A stretch of DNA of 64,000 nucleotides, taken from Oopsacas minuta (Eukaryota > Animalia > Porifera). Of the stretch, positions 1 through 9,346 are shown one piece after another. Position 1 is the first letter of the stretch; every line of letters starts with the position of its first letter. The notes below the pieces were generated by a model. The model worked only from the letters and a program-made list of their open reading frames with translations. It was not told the origin of the DNA and made no database searches. The stretch lies in contig JAKMXF010000110.1 of the NCBI GenBank assembly GCA_024704765.1, positions 248,001 through 312,000 of the forward strand, written 5' to 3'. The position numbers were made by a program, and so were the translations under genes.

Positions 1-97
1 TCCCAAATCGTCAAAGTAACTACATTTCATTGGTAATATCGAATTGATTATCGCGGTCCCTTGATATAACGGCAGTTGAATATAGATTAGTGTATAC

Positions 98-1985
98 CTG
101 TATTTTAGTAAGAGCAGCACTAGAAGCTTCTCCAGCACCTGATTGTAGGCCCGTTATAGATGTAAATTGACTCTCCAATTCCTTCATACTATTCTCAGCT
201 TTCTGGTTAGCTGCAGAGCATTGAGTCTTAAGCTCATCTTGTGCATCCTTCAACTCTCTAAATTCACGCATCAGCTGCTCCAGCAGACCTAGAGAAATGA
301 TCTAAGGTTCATATTTTGTGGAAAATTGCAAACATCGCAGCTGGAATATAAGTAATCAATTCCAAATATAATTACAAGGATTTTGCGACAAATATAGTAA
401 TTCAAATCTATAAAGATATGAGAAACCGAATTCTAGATGATAGCTATAATATCTTTGAAGAAATCACAATAGTCTAATAAAGAAATATGTCACTATATAT
501 CAATGTAATGTAATCAGTATTAGACAGTATATATCCGTTATAATATATGGAATATGATACAGATACCGATTTGTATTAGAAACGTGAGTAATTAATGTCT
601 AGCCCTACATTAGTTACATATGTGTATATATACACGTATGTTGTCAATGAAAATAATTAAACAAGTGGAATAACGAAATGTACAACGAGAGTTCAACAGT
701 ATTTCTAACTTTTAATGTTCAAAGCAAGATAGAACACTCCTTGATTGGAGTTGGATCGGCTGCTGTTTGCTGTTATGCATGGGGATTGTTAGTATTAATT
801 GTGTTCTATGGACGTGTTATACAAGATAAATGCAGATGTAATAGAACTAGGACAAGGAGGAGAGAGAGGATAGAGAGGAGTAATGTTGAAAAGGCATCTC
901 TACCACCAAGTTATAATGAAATAATCAAATCTGATGAATTACCGAAATACGAAGAAATTATTATAACTCTTACAATGAGGGAATTAGATAATAAAATACA
1001 AGTTTGAATATTACCTGTATATTCTATATACGTATGTGTAAATATATAAATAATGAATATGTCAATAAATATGTACAGTAAACATTCCAATTATAAGTTA
1101 GAACCAAGTTTGAAATATCGAAACTATCGTTATAACGAGAGTTTACACCAGTTTTTACAATGTTAGAAATTGGAAAAGTCATTATGTTTAAGGTTAATTA
1201 ACGCTAAATTAAAGTACCTGCGTTTCCTTTGAGTCCACTCTCAATTCCTCCTATCTTACTCTGTAGAGCTAGATAGTCCATTAGATCTTGTACAGGGGTG
1301 GAACCTTCTCTTGCTCGCTCCAATATGTCATCTAGGGATCTGAATGTTTCTAGTTTACTCTCCATTTCTTGTAATTTGAAATCCAGCTCATCAGCACTCT
1401 TCATTACACCGACAACAGACCGACTATATGTAGCATACAATTATATAATTGTTTCTATACGGATTATGAAAATATCTCTCTAAGAAGTGGAAAATATACA
1501 AAAAATTTCAAATCATCCTTTTGTCGAATATACATTTAAGTTCTACCGAGTTCTACTGTACATTCTATAAGTAAAATTTCACTCATTTTCCGAAATTATC
1601 CGAACTATTCCCCTATATAAATCAATATCTACCTATGTGGCGTAGGTGTAGACCGTGTAACCACTACCTTATCCTCCTCACCCTCTACTACTTCTGAAGT
1701 TACAGCCTTCTCTTTCTTCCGTGTAGTCACTACTTTATCCTTCTCACCCTCTAATATTTCTGGAGTTACAGCCTTCTCTTTCTTCCGTGTAGTCACTACT
1801 TTATCCTTCTCACCCTCTACTACTTCTAGAGTTACAGGCTCCTCTTCCTTAACTTCTAGCTTATTCACGATCTCGTGTAGTATAGTATGGAGATGTTTGA
1901 AGTTTACTTCTCCACTGATAGGCTCCCCTAAACTCATATTGATTAGGAGGTGCATATCTTCAAAAGTCACAGTAGAAGCAGGCAT
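98..1985 (-). CDS. QRICH2/C16orf96 (DUF4795-family)-like coiled-coil protein, 5' part; gene continues beyond the left edge
   Basis: N-terminus MPASTVTFEDMHLLINMSLGEPISGEVNFKHLHTILHEIVNKL resembles the QRICH2/C16orf96 N-terminal motif (..L.DLAIGTP..GAVNF..LH.L). Phase-compatible GT-AG exons 1985-1633, ~1423-1218 and 288-98 encode coiled-coil segments. Confidence 0.7.
678..1007 (+). CDS. Small single-pass membrane protein with PPSY and LPKY (PY) motifs, nested antisense in intron 289-1217 of the QRICH2-like gene
   Basis: 109-aa ATG-initiated ORF: hydrophobic segment (LIGVGSAAVCCYAWGLLVLIVFY), basic juxtamembrane run (RCNRTRTRRRER), then PPSY and LPKY. Confidence 0.6.
   Translation: MYNESSTVFLTFNVQSKIEHSLIGVGSAAVCCYAWGLLVLIVFYGRVIQDKCRCNRTRTRRRERIERSNVEKASLPPSYNEIIKSDELPKYEEIIITLTMRELDNKIQV
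1660..1838 (-). repeat. 66-bp coding tandem repeat (~2.7 copies; 22-aa unit VT.E..EGEKDKVVTTRKKEKA)
   Basis: Near-identical 66-nt units visible in the sequence and in the ORF 1629-1985 translation. Confidence 0.9.
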
Positions 1986-2606
1986 TCTAATTCAAACTTT
2001 ATGATATCTAATGATACAGATAAAATATATTGTGAAAGTTATGAATGAAATACCATATGGTGTAAAAAAACAAGTAAAACGAGATGGAAGTTTGTGTATA
2101 TAGAATCACTGACAAATATTGGGTAATTCAGTAGAGAATAATTTGTCGAAAGAAGGCCCTATTCATAGCTTATACTCTATTGTAATTAGTAAATTCAAAT
2201 ACACTCAAAGTATATAGGAAAAGGCCGAATTGGAACAATATCTTAAAATGGTTTTAAATTACTAGTATACCTGCATAAATGGGTGCCAGGAGGCCAAAAA
2301 TGCTAACCCGTTCCCACTTCTGCCAAATAATGGTGCAGTTCATTTATATGGGGCTAGGAATTCGCTATATTTATTTCACTCCGTTTCCAGAAGTTCCCCG
2401 TATGGAGAGTTTTCACTGTAAACTTAATGAAAATATCGGTTGAGAGAGAAATTGTAGTTGGTGGGAATTTTACGCAAAAACGAACTATGAAGGAGGGACA
2501 ACATTAAAGGAAACATACTGAAGATGTGATATTTATAAAAGATAAAGTAATCTGTAGATAATATATTTATTAAATAAATAATATATAATATGTGTACTTG
2601 TGTTCT

Positions 2607-5600
2607 TTAATCAGATTCAGTATCAGAATCTGAAGTCTCAATAACATCAACTTTTCCTTTCTTCCTCAATACTTGTTTCTTCCATTCTGGCATATTTTCG
2701 AATTTTCGTATTCTAGCTTCAAGTCTAGCTTCTTCTTTAGCCTGCTTCTTTTCATCCTGTTCACGTGAGGCAACTTTCTTCTCGATTAATTTTCGTTTCC
2801 AAAGAGGTACATCTTTCATCTGTTCTTCTTTAAGTCTCTCCCTCTCTTCCTTCTCCCGGATAGCTGCTATTCTCTTGTCCTCTCTGCTCTGAAGGAGCTG
2901 ACGTTTCCAAGGGGGAAGATACTCCACAGGATCTTAAATATGGAATTTTCCAGTAAAAAGAGACGACTGTAACTAGCAATTACTCGTTGATAATTTTATC
3001 ATTATACTGTTGGGGATAATATGTTTTCAGTCAAACGCGTTTTGACCGGAAACAGACTTTGATCCAAGTCCCAACATATCAAAATTTAACCAAGTTGAAT
3101 TAAAGATCCCGATCTGGGACCCATGGACACCTTGGTGGTCCACGGGCGATAAGGGGTGGACAGGATCTCAAAATTTGTATTACATTTTATTGGATCCACA
3201 AAATGTGTCAAAATTCGCTACATTAAGCGCTCTCACCTCCATCTAAATCAGTCTGTGGATTAATACCAGTCTGTACTCTAGCAAATCTAGAAGCATATCT
3301 CTCTTTCTGAGCTTTATATACAGCAGGATCTACTGGTTTCTGTTCTACAGGCTCTGTAGCTAGTCTCCTCTCTGCTAGTTTAGCTCCTAACTCTCCTACT
3401 GCTCTACCCTTCTGAGTCTGTGCTAGTCTGTTCTGTGAAGCTTGTGATACTTTACGTAATCTCTGCTTACTACCTCCTTGTTTTATCTCTGTTAATACGC
3501 TAAGGAAGTCTACTGTATCCTGCTTAGCTCGCTGATCAGGGTGATTTCCGCTCACCTTAGAGATTAAGATATCATCAGGGACGGTGTTTTGACGAATATG
3601 GTCCTCCTATATGCTTATTTGATATTTAACCATGGATGTTGGATTTCGTATATTTTATGTTACATACGTAGAAATCCCCTCTCCAACCAAGTGAGGAGTA
3701 CCTCAAAATGACCTAGAACAACATCCAAGCAGATAACTAAATTTACCATCCATGGTTAAATATCTAATAAGCATATATGGAGATCATTTTCGTCATAATA
3801 ACGGTTTCAAGAGGAAAGGGATTGAACAGTCACCTTTCTAAGATTCAAACCCTTTTTAATCTCAGAGAAAAGAGCCTGTTTCTGGTCGGGATTAGGATCA
3901 AATCTCTTCCTCAATTCATGAGCTGATATCTGTTCAGGAATTTCTATATTTATTTCTATACTATCATCTCCTGATGAGTTATATGTAAGCTCTGCCTCTA
4001 TAAGCTCAGGCGGTATATCAGGAGGGGGAGGAGGGATAAGAGTCCGTAGTTTTGTGAATTCTACAAATGGGTAAATATAAGAAAAGAAATACAGTACTGT
4101 GTTACTATACCTCCGCAAACGAGGTGCCAAAAAGCCGAAAATGCTACCCTCTTTCCCTGATTCTGCCCAATTCCCCGTATGTGTGGAGTTGCATTTGTAT
4201 GGGATTAGGAATTCGCTCAATACGTGCATATTTGACTCCGAAGTTCCCTGTTTGTGGAGGTTACACTGTACCCAAAGGTATTATTATATCAGAAAATAAA
4301 CATTTCCCAAATTTGGCCATACGGTTAAATCAATACCAACTCTGAATAAGCATTCATTAAATGTTACTTACTGCTTTTTATAGGCTTTGATTGCTTCTTG
4401 TCTACAGAAGTGACTGGGTTACTATCTTTGGTATTAACAATGACGTCATCAACATGAGTCATAGGTAAGTCAATACCAAGATTAAGAGCTTGTAGCTCTT
4501 TAAGAGCTATGTCTAGCTCCAGCTGTTGATCTAGTAGTGCTTTCTCTGTGTCCGCCAGAGCTCTGGATTGAGTTACAGGTATCTAGAATAATAGATTAAT
4601 TAGATAAATAATGACGTAATAAATATCTGTGGCTACAAGGTGATCAGAAGTTGGGTCATGTGACAGGTTGAGAAACTCGAAATAATCCATTGGGAGTTAA
4701 TACTATCAACACAAGTATATTGACCTGAGGCTGAGTAAGAGGAGGTTCTTCTACAACAAGATCAGCTAATATATCATCTTGTTGGACAGGTGGAGGTATA
4801 AATACAGGTTTGTCCTCTACAGGATCATCTAACTGTCTACGTCTAGGTCTTCTAACTACAGGAGGCATATTATCATCCTCTCCATCTTCCCAGATCTTCT
4901 TAGGGGGTGGAGGGGGAGGCTTGATTACGTCAGAAGTACGGTGCTCTTCAGGTAGGTCTAGTCTGTTGATTAGCTTCTTAATGCGACGTGCTACTGGCTT
5001 GTCTGGTTCTACTGGGTATGTGAATTCTGGGGGAGGAGAGGAAGCGATATGTTCTATAGCAGGTTCATCTAAATCTGATCCTAATTGGTAAATACACAAT
5101 AAAATGATCATGGTGTATGTAGGATACTATCAATGTAAGGTTGATTATTCGAACAAGTACTGTAGTATAGTCAACTCCGGTTATATCGAAGGAAATGTAC
5201 CGCAATAATCACTTCTATATAATCGACGGAATATTTATCTGTGTTCAATAAAACGGGAGTTGGCTGTAATAATTATCTCTAAAACTATACCTGAAGATAT
5301 ATCTTTGACTATTGGATTCATGACATTCTTAATTTTAGCATTATTAACTTGAACTAAAGATTGTAAACGCTTTGGAACTTGAGTGCCAGTTTCTCCTGAA
5401 TCTTCTAATTCATGAATCTAAAATGAATGTAATAAGAAGATTAATATAGCGAAACGGGGAACTTCTAGAAATGGGTGAAAAATGAATAAAGCAAATTACT
5501 AGTCCCATACAAATGAACCTCCACTAACGGGAATTTGGCAGAACGAAGTAAAAGGACCGCAAGGTAACATATTTTAGTGTTGACTTACTTCAAACTTTCG

Positions 5601-6820
5601 TATAGGTACAGGAGGCTGTAGACTCCCAATCTCAGATGAGGAAGGTATAGATTCTCTTCTAGAATATTCCTTCTGTCCTATAAATCCTAGCGTGTCTGTT
5701 CTTAATCTAGGCTGTTCTGACATAGCATGTCTACTCTCCATTTCTACTCCTTCCATAGCTCCATGTGTTGTCTGTCTAACCGTAAGAGCTTTAGCTCCCT
5801 GATGATGTTGTAATCGAGCTAGAGACTCACTCACCCTCTGGACCTCTGAGGTCATCTTCTCTCTGTCTCGTGTTAGAGATTCAAAGCATATTTGTAATTC
5901 ATCACATATCTCAGCCATACACTAAAAGGAATAATACAATCTGTAAGATAATTCTGAGTTTATATCAGAATATATTAATACAGTCAATTCCAGTTATATC
6001 GCAATACCAGCTTATATTGAAGTAATCATCACCTTCCTTGAGCTTCGATATAACGGGTAGTTGACTGTATTACTGTATCTTGTCATAATTCTAAACTATT
6101 TTGACAAGTGCCAATTTTTCAGGAAAATACAACTCCCTAATTGTAATTACTTTTTTAGAATGCACAATAAGGACGTGACATTGGACCATGGATCCTAGAG
6201 GGTGTAGACATTTTATACCGAGCAGTAATTCATCATCTTCTACAGAATCTTCACAAGAACTGATACTAGATATTTGAGGTATACCGTTAAGTACATATAG
6301 AAGCTTCTTACGTTTGTCTGTAACCTTAAACAATGTAATACTACTTCAAAATATTGTCTTGGTAACTGATTTCCTTATTTATTACCTGCAGCCATGTACC
6401 AGATAACATAAGTATTTTATGTGTAGTAGACCTACACATTAGATAACCATGTCTCTTTCCCCAATCCACGTGCTCTAAGAATTCACTACGAGTACTATAA
6501 GACCTCCACTCAGAGCAGTTAGGAATACTACCTAAGTAGATAACATTCCATTCCTTAGATCCAGTTGCTAGGGAAGGCTCCAATCGTCCCAATGGAGGGT
6601 AGCAGTCGGATGGGTCTCCATAATTAGTTCCCTCTTTCCAGTCTAGTTTCGGGAATCTCAGTTTAGGTTTAGGACGTAGAGGCGTGTCTTTAGATCTCTT
6701 CTTATTGATCATACGAAGGAAGTTGTGTTTACGGTTAGCAGCTCGTTCTGAAGCAGCTTCACTCTTACTACGTGCTCTATCATCTCTGCTACTACTGCTA
6801 GACATCTGGTTAGACTGCAT
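2607..6820 (-). CDS. CCM2-like PTB domain + proline-rich motifs + two WH2 domains + C-terminal PxWK(R/K)xL triple repeat (espin/phostensin-like)
   Basis: Phase-consistent exons 6820-6386, 6324-6151, 5921-5589, 5417-5291, 5080-4725, ~4582-4372, 4060-3834, 3555-3267 (or read-through to stop 3223), 2932-2607. The PTB part (VIYLGS..STRSEFLEHVDWGKR..HVLIVHSKKCMAEICDELQICF) parallels CCM2. WH2 motifs: ALFSEIKKGLNLRKV and VLTEIKQGGSKQRLRKV. Confidence 0.75.
3582..3805. mobile_element. MITE-C (long imperfect TIR containing TATTTAACCATGGATG); second copy ~11020-11215 in opposite orientation, partial copy ~17805-17885
   Basis: Inverted TGACGAA.ATGGTC..TATATGCTTATT..TATTTAACCATGGATG at both ends; internal CTCCTCACTTGGTTGG.GAGGGGATTT shared between copies. 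Confidence 0.7.
4092..4268. mobile_element. MITE-B copy in an intron of the PTB-WH2 gene
   Basis: Ends GTTTGTGGAGGTTACACTG-TA; core is the reverse complement of the 55635-55810 copy. Confidence 0.75.
5168..5266. mobile_element. MITE-A copy (intronic)
   Basis: TAGTCAACTCCGGTTATATCGA ... AACGGGAGTTGGCTG-TA. Confidence 0.75.
5981..6067. mobile_element. MITE-A copy (intronic)
   Basis: TA-CAGTCAATTCCAGTTATATCG ... CTTCGATATAACGGGTAGTTGACTG-TA. Confidence 0.8.
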
Positions 6821-6914
6821 TTAGGATACAGAATACTGTGATATCGCTCTCTGAGCTACTATAAAATAAGATCTTAGTCATAATACTATTTAGAAGGATT
6901 TTCCCAAATTTCCC

Positions 6915-7088
6915 CAGTCAATTCCGGTTATATTTCAAATACGGATCAATCGAAATACTCGCTTATATCGAAGCCTGAGATTGTAGCACAAATATTGTCC
7001 CAAACCAAACCAAGTTACATAAATTTCATTAGTCATATCGAAGTAATTATCGCAGCCCCTTAAGCTTTTATAAAACCGGAATTGACTG
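6915..7088. mobile_element. MITE-A copy (intergenic)
   Basis: CAGTCAATTCCGGTTATAT ... AACCGGAATTGACTG-TA. Confidence 0.75.
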
Positions 7089-7182
7089 TATATATGCAAG
7101 CTAAATATATCGAATAAATCAAATAATGAATATCAAAGAATCATTTCAATATAACAAACAATCATACTAGCATTTCGTGATT

Positions 7183-7545
7183 TCACATTTGACTCTTCTT
7201 TTGCTCTAGAAGTTCTCTAAAATGCTCCCCGCTATCTTTCATTCCCTTCTCAAGTCTCACTTTATTAGCTTGCAGTGTCTCAATTTTCGTAGCAGCATTA
7301 GTTTTCTTGTCTACTAGCATTCTCTGTATTTCCTCTACAGGTTGTAGATAGAACATACGTCCGACGGATTCGTATACGTTAACATCAGCAGGTAGGGACT
7401 TCAGGTCATCTGCGGTTAATTCTGAATATGTAATTACTCTCTGTAGATTTTCTATCTGTGATTCAGCTATGTTAATTTTCTGTACAGATTCTAATACTTT
7501 AGATTGATGGTCTGCTAGAGCCTTGCGGATTTCTTGATCAGTCAT
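7183..7545 (-). CDS. PFDN1: Prefoldin subunit 1 (beta-type), intronless
   Basis: 120-aa ORF: coiled coil, VYESVGRMFYL beta-hairpin, coiled coil; typical of PFDN1. Confidence 0.92.
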   Translation of the reverse strand: MTDQEIRKALADHQSKVLESVQKINIAESQIENLQRVITYSELTADDLKSLPADVNVYESVGRMFYLQPVEEIQRMLVDKKTNAATKIETLQANKVRLEKGMKDSGEHFRELLEQKKSQM

Positions 7546-8332
7546 TACTTGTGGGTAGATAACTTACAAGAATAATTTCAACTAGTAAGACAATTGTTAT
7601 ATCAAGTGATTAGAAATATTTCCGTTTTCTACACACAGGATGCGGCCAAAGACCCATTGACGGAACTATTTTGGCCATGGCCTACCTGTCACGGAAATTT
7701 CGTCCCTGTATATGAGAAATATTCCATGGAATTTTTTATCCTAGATACCACTTCAAAATACCCAAAACTATAAGGAGGAGGTGAAACTTCTGGGTAACAT
7801 CCAGAAGCAATCCTAGTAGAACTGAAACTAACCACAAGACACCTGCACTTGCAACAAAGTTGCATCATGTATGGTGTGCTTAACTTTACAGGAATTAGCT
7901 AGCCTACATCTACAACACCGGCGATTTCTATTGGACACCAAGTTTTAACCCCCTGGAATTTTCAACTTCTGGGGGTCCTATCAAATGTCTCCACAGCTAT
8001 TTCCATTCAGTATTCCCTAAACCCCTTGTATACCAATTTTCATACACATTTTTGTCACATACCCGACCCACAATTAGAAACTATTTATGTTATACGTACC
8101 TGAAAATGATAATTTCTGTTTACAAGCTTTTGAAACACAACATTAATGTTCGTGAGTTTAGCGTCTAATACACAATTTCAGTCCCCAGACAAATTAAGAG
8201 ATTGATGACATTGACACAAAATATCTCAATACGTAATGAATAAATCCTTGTAAATATGTTATTACTACTGCATTTTGCAACTTAGATTTGAACTATATTA
8301 GTATCCTTCTTGCTTGATTTATCATTTTGACA

Positions 8333-8638
8333 ATGAGTCTCCCACTATTTTCCCTGTGTATCTCTCTACTAGTAATTTCTACGTTTGGCTTAGAGTATAC
8401 ACAGTATCAATATAGAAGGTCTAAAAACAAAGAGAGTATTTTTAGAAATAAAGTAAATAAATGTTCTTCGGAATGTTACCTGTTTGAATCTATTCATGAG
8501 AGACAATCTTGTGAATATGAATGTGTATCAACAAATTGCTACAACTCTGTGTATGCAAAGGATCCGTTGGAAGAAGGAGAAGTAGACATTAGGCTACCAC
8601 ATTTCAAAGGTTGTGTTATTGAAGAGCACAGGGGGTAG
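8333..8638 (+). CDS. DUF4787-family small Cys-rich protein with N-terminal signal/TM segment
   Basis: Hydrophobic N-terminus, then C..EC..C..ECVS.NCY..VYAKDPLEEGEVDIR...FKGC, the DUF4787 signature as I recall it. ATG at 8333 (the ORF track starts at TTG 8327). Confidence 0.75.
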   Translation: MSLPLFSLCISLLVISTFGLEYTQYQYRRSKNKESIFRNKVNKCSSECYLFESIHERQSCEYECVSTNCYNSVYAKDPLEEGEVDIRLPHFKGCVIEEHRG

Positions 8639-8956
8639 TATTTATTAGTTTCCTCCAAATGGGTAGAAATTATTTGTGAGCTTTTAATCATTAGTATTTT
8701 CGTAATTGTATACTTTGAGATAAATTATTCCACTTGTTCTATTGGACACGTTGGACTGGATACGTATGTAAATTTCTGCTTCATAATGTTTGCAATTATG
8801 TCTAATTATACCTCTCAAAATGTTAATATTCTAGAACATTCTAATATAGTATTGGACAATTATAAATTCCGATTTTATTAAGATTCTCAATTTTTGAATA
8901 TCACTACAGGTGAACTAGCTCACGTACTACATTAATTAGGCCTTTCCCAATTTCAT

Positions 8957-9190
8957 AGCAGGCTTCTGCGAGGGTCAGGATGTGACTCCCGTGCTCGCCT
9001 TGCATTGAACGTCGTTCGACCCGCCCCACCCCCACTTCTGGATGCGGGACAGGTTCAGTTTATTGTGGGTCAAGTGTGGGTTAATTAGTGCGGATTAGCC
9101 CGCACACGCCCCTAACGTGATTAATTCCTGAGGGTAACCCGTAGAAACACGCAAGCTGCGAGTCCCGAAACTTGCCCCGTGCAGAGCTAG
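8957..9190. ncRNA. Candidate structured ncRNA or SINE-like element (unidentified GC-rich island)
   Basis: About 57% GC by hand count in an AT-rich window. Several stems (8968-8972/8994-8998; 12-bp stem 9074-9085/9094-9105 with two G-U pairs; 9151-9155/9171-9175) and a B-box-like GTTCGACCC at 9014-9022. Confidence 0.3.
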
Positions 9191-9346
9191 ATTATGAACT
9201 AAATTTTGGGCCGAGTGTACGTCTTATCAGAGGTCTACTGTTTCGTTTTGAAACATTTTTCCCATGGGATTATCTGGGGAAACAATACAATCCAATACAG
9301 ATTTATTTCATACAAAAGGATTATTTCATATTTAGCAATATAACTG

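Noticed and set aside
3626-3759. piggyBac MITE (TTAA-CC...GG-TTAA)
   Set aside because: Similarity and inverted symmetry extend ~45 bp beyond the TTAA in both copies, so the TTAA is internal to the TIR rather than a target-site duplication.
8957-9190. Telomerase RNA or U11 snRNA identity for the GC island
   Set aside because: Only CCCTAAC (7 nt) of a template and only GGCTTCTG of U11 match; no convincing pseudoknot, H/ACA or Sm site is recognisable.
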